Shown: positions 9,453 through 17,032 of the stretch, in pieces
How the letters are laid out: the number at the start of each line of letters is the position of its first letter
Numbering within the stretch: the stretch's first letter is position 1
IMG/VR virus record: IMGVR_UViG_3300045988_125345
Coordinates: 1 to 33,382 of that record
Reading direction: 5' to 3' (one strand)
Length of the DNA: 33,382 bases
Origin: a virus
The notes under the pieces: generated by a model
The model's input: only the letters and a program-made list of their open reading frames with translations
The model's database searches: none
What the model was told of the DNA's origin: nothing
Made by a program: the position numbers and the translations under genes

Positions 9453-10496
9453 TCACTCGGTGGTGTGGGTGATGGCGTAGAACTTGCTGGTTCCACCGAT
9501 GAAGCCCCAGCCGATTGCGACTTCGGTGCGGAGCATCACCTTGTTGACCGCGCCCAAGTCGCCTTCGGCGGAGTTGTCCGGGTTGCCGGAGTCGAACACT
9601 TCGATGCCGGACAGTGGGATTGCGCCCCACACGAAACGGTTGGCGAAGTCGCCGATGACCGCATCGAGCACCTTCTTGGTCAGCTGGCCGGAGCCGGTGG
9701 CCGCGGCGGTGTCGGACACGGTGTTGGAGGCGGCGAGGGTGACGCCACCGAGGTTGACCATGTTGCCGATTAGCGGAACGTCGGCCGCGTACTGGGTCGG
9801 CGTGCCAATGGTGGTGAGGCCGTCGCCGATTGCGGCCAAGTAGGCGGAGGTGGTGACGCCCTGAGCGGACGCGTCGCCCTGTGCGGCGACCTGTCGCACG
9901 GCCTGCTTGAACGCGGTGGCGGCTTCCGCGCCGGTGCCCGGCGTGTAGCTGATGTCTCCGGCCTTGTCGAGCACATAGCCGTTGGTGCGTGCGACGGTGG
10001 ACGCGGCCTTGGTGGCCGGGTTGACGCCGAAGATGGGCGCGAAGTCGAGGGCGCGGCTGATTGCGCGGTTCACGTACGTGCGGTACTGGTCGAGGATGCC
10101 CGCCTGATACGGCTGTGCGAGGATGCTCTGGAGCATGGTCTGGGGGGAACCGGCTCGGAAGGTGGCGTCGGTCGGATTGTATGCGCCGTCAACGCCGAAC
10201 AGCTGGAGGAACTTCTTCGGGAAACGGTATGAGATGTAGAAGGTAATGGGGTTGATGGTCACGACGCCGTTGGTCGCATCGTTGGAACTCTTCTTCTTTT
10301 CGGCTTCAGTCTCGCCGGTTGCGCCTTCACCGAAGATGCCCATCTCGCCGGAGAAGTCGATGGTCTGCATCTGGGTGCCGATGAGGTCGATTGGGGTGCT
10401 GTTGGAAATCTTGGCGATGGCTCCGGCCGCGGGCTGGTCGGAAATCAGCTTGCGGTCTACGAAGCCCGGCTTAAGTTCGATTGTCGCTAGGGACAT
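9453..10496 (-). CDS. Major capsid protein (HK97 fold), with no delta domain
   Basis: 347-aa ORF. The C-terminal segment GAVNKVMLRTEVAIGWGFIGG, the overall composition and the length are typical of HK97-like capsid proteins. Codon bias is strong and C-ending. Confidence 0.85.
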   Translation of the reverse strand: MSLATIELKPGFVDRKLISDQPAAGAIAKISNSTPIDLIGTQMQTIDFSGEMGIFGEGATGETEAEKKKSSNDATNGVVTINPITFYISYRFPKKFLQLFGVDGAYNPTDATFRAGSPQTMLQSILAQPYQAGILDQYRTYVNRAISRALDFAPIFGVNPATKAASTVARTNGYVLDKAGDISYTPGTGAEAATAFKQAVRQVAAQGDASAQGVTTSAYLAAIGDGLTTIGTPTQYAADVPLIGNMVNLGGVTLAASNTVSDTAAATGSGQLTKKVLDAVIGDFANRFVWGAIPLSGIEVFDSGNPDNSAEGDLGAVNKVMLRTEVAIGWGFIGGTSKFYAITHTTE

Positions 10497-10662
10497 GACT
10501 GCCTTTCGTGGTTGGTGATGTCGGCCTTCTTCATTGCGGCCCCGACTCGGCCTCTACCACGATTGTTTCCGGCTGTGTGCGCCTCGACCCCGCTGTCGCC
10601 AGTGGGTATGCCCTGCATTGTTTTACGACTGTGCGGGGCGGTTCAAGTCGTTACGTTTTAGT

Positions 10663-10720
10663 GGAGACGGTCGGGTTTTGGCAGGCGGAAGAAGCTTTCA
10701 ATGGTCTGCCGACCGTCTCC
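10663..10720. other. 58-nt perfect long hairpin (12-bp outer stem) in the HNH-MCP gap, a candidate element of the cos/packaging or RNA-processing region
   Basis: ggagacggtcgg ... ccgaccgtctcc, with further internal pairing. Confidence 0.4.
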
Positions 10721-10734
10721 AAGACATAGCATAA

Positions 10735-10764
10735 CACCCCGTCTGACTTTCGTCAAACGGGGTG
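10735..10764 (-). terminator. Hairpin terminator after the HNH gene (13-bp stem, GAAA loop on the minus strand)
   Basis: The minus strand reads caccccgtttgac-gaaa-gtcagacggggtg, followed by ttatgctatgtctt. Confidence 0.5.
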
Positions 10765-10822
10765 CCGTGCAAACCAGAGTCACAAGAGAGGAGCTGCACA
10801 TTGCTGCGCAATGGTTCCTATT

Positions 10823-11107
10823 CTACCACCTTCTCGTCGCTGTTCGCGTTCGGCGTGTCGCCGGACTTGCTATGTGGTCCGACTTGGCGCGGTTGCACTG
10901 CATGTGCGCCGGGACGAGATTGTCCATCCTGTCGCTGCCACCGGCCGCGCGCGGTATCACATGGTCCGCGGTGAACGCCAGCGGATGCGCCGTGTTGCGG
11001 CCCCAGTAGAACGGTTCGCCGCAATAATAGCAGGGCGCTCCCGTACGCTTGGTGCGTTCACGCAGGATGGTGCGGTTGCGGTGGTAGAGGCCCGTATCCT
11101 TTCCCAT
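10823..11107 (-). CDS. HNH endonuclease (terminase-associated)
   Basis: MGKDTGLYHRN...CYYCGEPF...FTADHVIPRAAGGSDRMDNLVPAHMQCNRAKSD is an HNH motif. The start ATG 11107 overlaps the TerL stop (ATGA). The longer track ORF from 11230 would overlap TerL. Confidence 0.85.
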   Translation of the reverse strand: MGKDTGLYHRNRTILRERTKRTGAPCYYCGEPFYWGRNTAHPLAFTADHVIPRAAGGSDRMDNLVPAHMQCNRAKSDHIASPATRRTRTATRRW

Positions 11108-12555
11108 CAGGCAATCACCTCCCTGACCTTGCGCTCCTTCGGACGGTTGACGCCGCGATACCACGCGGCGATGGACACGCCCTTCAGACCGGCCGTTGTC
11201 TCGGTCTTGCGTATCGGAGCGAACTTCCACTGGTCATCCGAACCGGACTTGAGCTTCTGCGCGTTCTGCACTTCCGCGGTCAGCTGCGGGTTGTTCGTAT
11301 GCTTGAAGCGTCCCTCGTCCAGCAGGTCGAGGAATCCCTGCTGGGATGCGAGGAATTCGGTGCCAGTCAGCTGCACGACGTTCAGGCCGCGCGGAAGCAT
11401 GTCCCTTATCGGATTGTTCAAGCCGCCAGCATCCAGAATGAGCGTGGTCTTGCGTGGGCGCGTCTTCAGCTCGTCCACGACCCACTGCCATGATTCGGTG
11501 GTGGGACGTTCGTCCACGATTTCGCCGATGATGTACGCCCACTTGTCGTAATGCTTCGAGCCGACCGTCACCTCTTCGGTGCTTGCTGCCACGGACAGGG
11601 CAAGCGTGCTGGTGGCCGGGTCGAAGGTGAGCGCGTAGACAAGCGTGTCGCGGTCATGCTGGAGGTCGGAGTAGGCGCTGTCCCACAGGTCCGTCGGGAT
11701 TGCGGGCGGAATGCTGTCCGCCCACCACAGGCCGAGGTCTTGGATGCGGAAGTCTATGAGGCCGTCCGCGCCGCCCTGCTTGGCTATCGCCACGTCGGTG
11801 AGGAACGCCTCGCGTGGAATAACGTCCGGGTAGAGCGGGTTGGTGAGCGCCCACAGCTGTTCGTCTTCGATGTCCGCCGTCTCGTCGTCGATGCCGTAGC
11901 GCACTGCATACGACATATCGTCGTTCTCCGCGTTGTCGAGGAACACGTTGAACGTGTCGCCGATGGACGAGGGGAGGAACGGGGTGCCAGTGTAGATTAT
12001 CATCGCCATGCGGCGCGTCTTCAACGTCTTCGAAATCATCGCCTCGTATTCGGAGCGGAGTTCCTGAGCCTCGTCGAAGATGACCAAATCGAACGTGCCG
12101 CCCATGCCCGCGGAAGCGCTCTTGCGGGAGCGGAACCGGACGAACGCGCCGTTGCGCAACTGTAGGCGCTCGCGGCCCATGGTGGTGCTGAAGTGAGTAA
12201 CCTCGGCCTTCAGCTCCGGGTTCGCGTCGATGGCGTCCTTCAAATCCTCCATGATTTTGTTGGCCGCAATCTGCTCGTGCGCTGTGACGAGCACGTTCAG
12301 GCCGAGCACGAACAGGTAGTAGAGGATTGGTGCGGTGAGGATTTTCGTCTTGCCGTTCTGACGCGGCATGTTCAGCGCCACGCGCTTGTACTTCCAAGTG
12401 CCGTCCTTCTTGCGCTGGAAGGCGTTGTTGAGGAATTCGACCTGAAACGGGAGGATTGCGTTCCCGCGGCCCCAGTTCACGTATTCCGCGGCCATGATTG
12501 CCACGTCGGACTGCGGTCGGACCGCAGCCCTCCAGTTTGGATTCTTTACCAGCAT
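11107..12555 (-). CDS. Terminase large subunit
   Basis: 482 aa. It has a Walker A-like NMPRQNGKT, a Walker B LVIFDEAQE, and a C-terminal nuclease half. Confidence 0.9.
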   Translation of the reverse strand: MLVKNPNWRAAVRPQSDVAIMAAEYVNWGRGNAILPFQVEFLNNAFQRKKDGTWKYKRVALNMPRQNGKTKILTAPILYYLFVLGLNVLVTAHEQIAANKIMEDLKDAIDANPELKAEVTHFSTTMGRERLQLRNGAFVRFRSRKSASAGMGGTFDLVIFDEAQELRSEYEAMISKTLKTRRMAMIIYTGTPFLPSSIGDTFNVFLDNAENDDMSYAVRYGIDDETADIEDEQLWALTNPLYPDVIPREAFLTDVAIAKQGGADGLIDFRIQDLGLWWADSIPPAIPTDLWDSAYSDLQHDRDTLVYALTFDPATSTLALSVAASTEEVTVGSKHYDKWAYIIGEIVDERPTTESWQWVVDELKTRPRKTTLILDAGGLNNPIRDMLPRGLNVVQLTGTEFLASQQGFLDLLDEGRFKHTNNPQLTAEVQNAQKLKSGSDDQWKFAPIRKTETTAGLKGVSIAAWYRGVNRPKERKVREVIA

Positions 12556-12556
12556 T

Positions 12557-13423
12557 TCACACCACCTGATACTTCTTGAGTACGTCTGCGTCAGCGCCCT
12601 TGCCGTAGGCGTCGCCGATTGATGCGATATCCTGCGCGGTCTGCGGGAACGTCAGCTCGTAGTCCAACGTGATGCCCAATGGTTCGAACACCGCGTTCAA
12701 ATCCTGTTTGATGATGTAGATTCGGCTGACGAAGCTTTCGCGGTTCGACACCAGCGACTGCGTTGTGGCTCCGAGCGTGTCCAGAATCTGCGCGTCCTGC
12801 GGCGGGAGTCCGGTCTCCATCTGGAAGCTCAATGCCGTGTTTTGCAGGAGGGTTTTGAGCTGTCCGTTGTCCCACTGGCTGAGTCGTTTGACTTCCGGGC
12901 GGACGATGGTGTCGTGGTCGTCGTTGGCGTCGAATTTCGTCCAGTTGGCCGGATTCTTGTTCGGGTCCGTCTTGATTACCACGTCCGGGGAGGTGCCGAC
13001 CACGACGGGCTCCGGCAGCATGAGGTGTTCGAGGTTCTGGGAGATGAGTCCTTCGATGACCATGGCGCGCTGTGCGAGCAGTATGGCTTGGTCGGTGACG
13101 GGCGCGTAGCTGAGGGTGAGGCATCGGAGGTTTTCGTCGATTTCCTCGGCGTTCTCGTCATAACATCGGCCGTCCAAGCCGACGGCGGCGACCTTCTCCA
13201 ACGGAAGTTCCGCGGAGGGTAGGTAGTCTACGCTGAGCGGGTCGCCATCCTGCATGAGGAAGTAGGAGTTGGCTCCGCCGACCGCTTTGGCGAGGATGCG
13301 GGTGAAGCTGCGTTTGCCGACCGCGCTGAAGTTGGTGACGCGCACGCGCATGGCGTACGCGTTCTTGACGAGTTCAATCCATGGGAATGAGATTGCCTGT
13401 TCGTCCACTGTGGTGAGTGTCAT
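12557..13423 (-). CDS. Putative compact portal protein (uncertain)
   Basis: 288-aa ORF abutting TerL. The C-terminal region LQNTALSFQMETGLPPQDAQILDTLGATTQSLVSNRESFVSRIYIIKQDLNAVFEPL resembles the conserved portal stem/tunnel region. No other portal-sized ORF exists in the genome. The gene is upstream of TerL rather than downstream. Confidence 0.4.
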   Translation of the reverse strand: MTLTTVDEQAISFPWIELVKNAYAMRVRVTNFSAVGKRSFTRILAKAVGGANSYFLMQDGDPLSVDYLPSAELPLEKVAAVGLDGRCYDENAEEIDENLRCLTLSYAPVTDQAILLAQRAMVIEGLISQNLEHLMLPEPVVVGTSPDVVIKTDPNKNPANWTKFDANDDHDTIVRPEVKRLSQWDNGQLKTLLQNTALSFQMETGLPPQDAQILDTLGATTQSLVSNRESFVSRIYIIKQDLNAVFEPLGITLDYELTFPQTAQDIASIGDAYGKGADADVLKKYQVV

Positions 13424-13734
13424 GAGCGTTTCGCTTCCTTCGCGATGAGTTTCTGGAGAGTGGTTTTCGGAGCTTTGGTGGCGGTGGTTCTGCTTTTGTG
13501 CGAGTCCACCTTCACCGCCTCGTCGAAGTTCTTGGTCATGGTCATGAGAAGCTGCATGAAGCTGACGTAGTTCCTTTGCGCGTTCGCGGCCATACTCATG
13601 TAGTACTGGCGGTCGTCGTCTTCGGTCTCCTCGGCCTTCCGCGTGTACTCCTCCATGTCGGAGTACGCCTTGTCGATGAGCCCGTTGACCTGTTCCATGC
13701 GGCTTGAAAGGGCTTCCTCAGTCTTTCCGGCCAT
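13420..13734 (-). CDS. Hypothetical helical protein with an acidic centre and a basic tail (role unknown; small terminase not excluded)
   Basis: 104-aa ORF with an AAGGAGG RBS, an ATGA overlap with the next gene, and good codon bias. Confidence 0.55.
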   Translation of the reverse strand: MAGKTEEALSSRMEQVNGLIDKAYSDMEEYTRKAEETEDDDRQYYMSMAANAQRNYVSFMQLLMTMTKNFDEAVKVDSHKSRTTATKAPKTTLQKLIAKEAKRS

Positions 13735-13867
13735 AAATCCTCCTTAGCTGTTCGGCCATTTGTCGGTGCTGTTCTCGATACCATCGTACCATTTCGGCCT
13801 TCATGATGGTGCGGCGTGTGGGGCTTTCCTCATACCGTGGGTCGGTGTTGCTGATTGTCGGGGTCAT
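13718..13867 (-). CDS. Hypothetical small protein (49 aa)
   Basis: ATG 13867 overlaps the upstream stop (ATGA). It translates as MTPTISNTDPRYEESPTRRTIMKAEMVRWYREQHRQMAEQLRRIYGRKD and appears translationally coupled on both sides. Confidence 0.45.
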   Translation of the reverse strand: MTPTISNTDPRYEESPTRRTIMKAEMVRWYREQHRQMAEQLRRIYGRKD

Positions 13868-14367
13868 GTGAGGCTGTTCCTTACGTAGATTTTGCAGTCG
13901 CATCCGGCGTGTCTCGCCCAGACGCCGTAATGGTTCGCGTCGTACGGGTGCCATATCCCGCACCGTTCGAGACACCATTGGCATGTCTCGCCGACCGCCT
14001 CGCGCACGACTTCGGTCGTGGAGTCGATGGCGAACAGGTTGTCGGTCGCCTCCTGCATCGGCTGTATGGCAAGTTCCCGCTTGTATTTCGCGAGGAAGTC
14101 GCGCACGGTCTTGTCGGAACGCTGCTGGCTCAGGAGCCAGCCGATTTTCTTGCCGAAGGCGTCGGAGTCGAGCCGTTCTAAGCCCAGTCCAGCGGATTTT
14201 TCCGCAACCTGCTTCCAGATGTCTCCCAAGACCTTCCCGGCCATGTGCTTGTCGCCGCTGGATGCGGCGGCTTGGGCCTGACGCACCTGCCCGTCGGTGA
14301 TGATGTCCTTGGCAGCCGGTGAAAGTATCTCCATGAGGTCTTCGACGGACTCCTGTGTGCTCTTCAA
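13864..14367 (-). CDS. MuF-like minor capsid protein (C-terminal Cys/His motif)
   Basis: 167 aa. GETCQWCLERCGIWHPYDANHYGVWARHAGCDCKIYV resembles the C..C...H..C.C motif of the SPP1 gp7 / Mu F family. Confidence 0.45.
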   Translation of the reverse strand: MKSTQESVEDLMEILSPAAKDIITDGQVRQAQAAASSGDKHMAGKVLGDIWKQVAEKSAGLGLERLDSDAFGKKIGWLLSQQRSDKTVRDFLAKYKRELAIQPMQEATDNLFAIDSTTEVVREAVGETCQWCLERCGIWHPYDANHYGVWARHAGCDCKIYVRNSLT

Positions 14368-14741
14368 CTCAGATACTCCAGCTGGTAGTCGTAGACGGTG
14401 GAAGCGCGCCCGTCCTTGGTCGGCTGGGTGTCGGTCGTGTTGAGCAGCGGGGTGCCCATGATGTCCCAGAGGCTCTGGTTGTACCAGTCGGTGAGCGCGT
14501 CGCCGATTTCGGCGCTGAGCGTGTTGTCGGCTCCGCCTGAGAGTTCGCGCGTCACCACGGTGATGGCGATGTCCAAGTGCCTAATGTATGGGGTGATGTC
14601 CGACGCGTTCTGGCGCGTGACGATGATGAGCGGATACTGGCTGGCATCCTTCACGGCCGGATACTTGTCGTATACGCGCATGTCGAGCCGTTGCGCCAGT
14701 CCGTCGATGATGTCGTTGACGATTTCGTTGTCCTTGCTCAC
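14364..14741 (-). CDS. Head-tail connector component (tail terminator / completion-like)
   Basis: 125 aa. It is the fourth gene in a run of four translationally coupled small genes. The motif ...RVYDKYPAVKDASQYPLIIV... resembles tail completion proteins. Confidence 0.4.
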   Translation of the reverse strand: MSKDNEIVNDIIDGLAQRLDMRVYDKYPAVKDASQYPLIIVTRQNASDITPYIRHLDIAITVVTRELSGGADNTLSAEIGDALTDWYNQSLWDIMGTPLLNTTDTQPTKDGRASTVYDYQLEYLS

Positions 14742-15010
14742 AGTCCGAGTCCTTTCAGCGTGTCGCCGGAGTGCGGCGTCACATGGTATTTGATTTCCGT
14801 TCCAGCTCGACGCGTTCCGTTGAACGTGCTGAGCGTGCGGTATGTGGTCATGGTCGGCGGGTTGCCCCTGTACGAGTCCATCCGCAGCTGCGGCATGATT
14901 CGGGATGCGACGCGGCGGGACTCCTGCTGGAATCCCGCCGACTGCATGACGAGGTTGGTGGCCGCGTTCGGTGCGGCGACCATGATTTTCGCGCCTTTCA
15001 GCCTCGCCAT
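14738..15010 (-). CDS. Head-tail connector component (neck protein-like)
   Basis: The start ATG 15010 overlaps the upstream stop (TGATG). It begins MARLKGAKIMVAAPNAATNL... The call rests on position. Confidence 0.35.
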   Translation of the reverse strand: MARLKGAKIMVAAPNAATNLVMQSAGFQQESRRVASRIMPQLRMDSYRGNPPTMTTYRTLSTFNGTRRAGTEIKYHVTPHSGDTLKGLGL

Positions 15011-15318
15011 CAGTATTGCACCTGCTTCGCGTTGAAGCTCCATTTGAACGGGTTGAACATGACCCTGTTCTCCGGGTCTATCGGAGGTTTGATGGAGGTG
15101 ACGTGGTAGAGGCTCCCGTGGTATTCGAGTTCGCCGCCGACGATTTCGGGCGGCGTGTTGGGCGCGGCCACGTGGATGGTGAGCGAGTCCACTTCGGTCA
15201 TGTTGTCGAATTCGCTGGTGTTCTCGCTCGTGGTGTTCGCGGTCACGATGCCTTTGACGGTGTGCTGGCCGTCTCCGGTGGTGACTGTGATTTCGTGTGT
15301 TTTGAGTCCGTAGTGCAT
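15010..15318 (-). CDS. Head-tail connector component (head closure-like)
   Basis: The start ATG 15318 overlaps the upstream stop (TGATG). It translates as MHYGLKTHEITVTTGDG...ELEYHGSLYHVTSIKP. Confidence 0.4.
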   Translation of the reverse strand: MHYGLKTHEITVTTGDGQHTVKGIVTANTTSENTSEFDNMTEVDSLTIHVAAPNTPPEIVGGELEYHGSLYHVTSIKPPIDPENRVMFNPFKWSFNAKQVQY

Positions 15319-15737
15319 CAGATTTGGAACCTCGCTATGGTGGGGCGTCCGATGCCCAGCTGTTTGAGCTGGTTGCTGGTGAAGAACACGTCGTCCGTGT
15401 TGCCTCGCCATTCGCCGGTGAAACTGTAGCCGCCCGCGGTCTGCGTAAACGTCTTGAACGCGCTCAGGTCGGTGTCGCTTTCGGACATGGACTCTTTGCG
15501 GCTCACGTCCTGCGAGACGCTGACGCCGATGATGTCGGCGACCATCTGGCGGGTGAGCGGGTCTTCCTCGACCAGCTTGTCCAAATCGTCGCCTTGGTTG
15601 CGGTACATCATGCGGAGCACGTTGGACGCGGCTCCGCGTTTGCGTTCCTCATAGTCCACGAGGTCTACTGGCACTTTGTGGCGCAGGTACGCTTCGGTGT
15701 CTTCGACGGTGGCGAGCGGCTTCAGTTCGTCGGTCAA
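15318..15737 (-). CDS. Head-tail adaptor (gp6/gp15-like)
   Basis: 139 aa. The N-terminus LATVEDTEAYLRHKV... is typical of adaptor proteins. It has an ATGA overlap with the upstream gene. Confidence 0.45.
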   Translation of the reverse strand: MTDELKPLATVEDTEAYLRHKVPVDLVDYEERKRGAASNVLRMMYRNQGDDLDKLVEEDPLTRQMVADIIGVSVSQDVSRKESMSESDTDLSAFKTFTQTAGGYSFTGEWRGNTDDVFFTSNQLKQLGIGRPTIARFQI

Positions 15738-15931
15738 TTCTTTTCCTTCCAGTCGTGCATCGCGAGTCCCAGCTGCAAAAGATGCTCGGCAAAACGCTTT
15801 ACCAGCCTGTCCTTCTCGTTTTCATCCAACTCCATTGGTGATGTTACCACCATGTCGTCGTCGATGATTGAGAGGGTCGCTGGAACGCTTTCGTCGCGCA
15901 TCATCATGCTCAGGATTCGGACGTCACGCAT
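15734..15931 (-). CDS. Hypothetical protein (65 aa)
   Basis: The ORF lies between the scaffold and the adaptor, is coupled at both ends, and is acidic. Confidence 0.5.
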   Translation of the reverse strand: MRDVRILSMMMRDESVPATLSIIDDDMVVTSPMELDENEKDRLVKRFAEHLLQLGLAMHDWKEKN

Positions 15932-16409
15932 GGGCGGCTCCCATCCAGTCGGGTGCCTTTGACGCCGGTTCGACGGTCACGGGGGTGACGCGCGTGCGGC
16001 TGTTGATGCTCGCCGCGAGCTGCTTCTCGAACTCGTCGAGACGGGTCTCGTCTTCCGGCAGGAGTTCGGCGCTCAGCCCGTACTGTTCGGCGATGGCGTT
16101 GCGCTTCGCCTGCATCAGGCCGATGCTGATGCCCTTCTCGCGGGCCTCCTTGACGCGCGCCTCGGTCTCCTCCGCTAGCTTTCGGGCGTCATCCGCGGCT
16201 TTCTGGGCTGCTTCGAGCTTTTCTCGCTCCTTGGCGAGCTTTCGGCTGATGATGGCGTCGAGCTGGGCTTGGGTGATTGTCGGCTCCTGCTGTGCCGTGG
16301 CCTCTGAGCCTCCATTCTGGCCTTCAGAGCCTCCCATTCCGGTACCGGTCGCATTCGGGTCTGTTCCTTCCACTAGTCGGATGTGGTTGAATCGTGTACG
16401 AAAATTCAT
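15924..16409 (-). CDS. Capsid scaffolding protein (putative)
   Basis: 161 aa. It has a G/S/T-rich N-terminus followed by a charged coiled coil (ISRKLAKEREKLEAAQKAADDARKLAEETEARVKEAREK), which is typical of scaffolds. The MCP lacks a delta domain. Confidence 0.5.
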   Translation of the reverse strand: MNFRTRFNHIRLVEGTDPNATGTGMGGSEGQNGGSEATAQQEPTITQAQLDAIISRKLAKEREKLEAAQKAADDARKLAEETEARVKEAREKGISIGLMQAKRNAIAEQYGLSAELLPEDETRLDEFEKQLAASINSRTRVTPVTVEPASKAPDWMGAAHA

Positions 16410-16603
16410 ATCAGCCTTTCCAGTCTGAGCCGCATCGCGAGTTCCACGATGTCCGTAGCAGCATTATACGCCCTGCGCAGGTCCATCCGCGCCTTCAGCG
16501 TCTTCGGATTGTCGAAATCGTTGGGCAGCGCTTTGAGCTGCCGTCCGAGTTCGCCTTGTATTGAACGGGCTTGGTTCTCAATCGTTTGGATGGGTGCAGT
16601 CAA
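16406..16603 (-). CDS. Hypothetical protein (about 65 aa, TTG start proposed)
   Basis: TTG 16603 lies 7 nt after AAGGAG. It reads ...TAPIQTIENQARSIQGELGRQLKALPNDFDNPKTLKARMDLRRAYNAATDIVELAMRLRLERLI, and its stop overlaps the scaffold ATG. Confidence 0.4.
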   Translation of the reverse strand: MTAPIQTIENQARSIQGELGRQLKALPNDFDNPKTLKARMDLRRAYNAATDIVELAMRLRLERLI

Positions 16604-16787
16604 GCGCCATCTCCTTCTTGTAGGTCGCCACGAGGCAGTCGTGTTCGAATCCGCCGTCGTCAACCGTCTGAATCGTCGTGTAATGCACCGGGGTGTTCGC
16701 GTATTCGGCGTACCACGCCCATGCGAACATGATGGTCAGCATGACGGCGATGGCTCCGTATGCGATTGTGTTGAATGGTTCGCGCAT
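16578..16787 (-). CDS. Small membrane protein (69 aa)
   Basis: A strong RBS, GGAAAGGAG, lies 5 nt before ATG 16787. There is one clear TM helix (IAYGAIAVMLTIMFAWAWY). Confidence 0.55.
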   Translation of the reverse strand: MREPFNTIAYGAIAVMLTIMFAWAWYAEYANTPVHYTTIQTVDDGGFEHDCLVATYKKEMALDCTHPND

Positions 16788-17032
16788 CCATGCTCCTTTC
16801 CTAGGGTTCGTCCGATGATGGCGCAGGCCAGCGCGGCACTGCGCGTGGTTCTTATTCTAGTCCGATGGCCGAACATGACGCGGCCGTCATCGGTGATGGT
16901 GGCGGCGGCGAGCGCTCGCCCGCATCGCGGGCATTCGTAGACGCATGACAGCCAACGTCCGAGGGGGCGGATTGTCACGTCCGCCCCATGTCGCGCGCCC
17001 GTGTCGCACAGGCGTCCTATCGGATTCGTCAA
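16736..17032 (-). CDS. Possible small Cys-containing protein (doubtful)
   Basis: A TTG start overlaps the primase stop (TTGA). The first ~55 codons have high GC3 and contain CVYECPRCGR. However, the 3' 52 nt overlap the well-supported next gene and contain rare AGA/ATA codons. Confidence 0.25.
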   Translation of the reverse strand: MTNPIGRLCDTGARHGADVTIRPLGRWLSCVYECPRCGRALAAATITDDGRVMFGHRTRIRTTRSAALACAIIGRTLGKEHGCANHSTQSHTEPSPSC

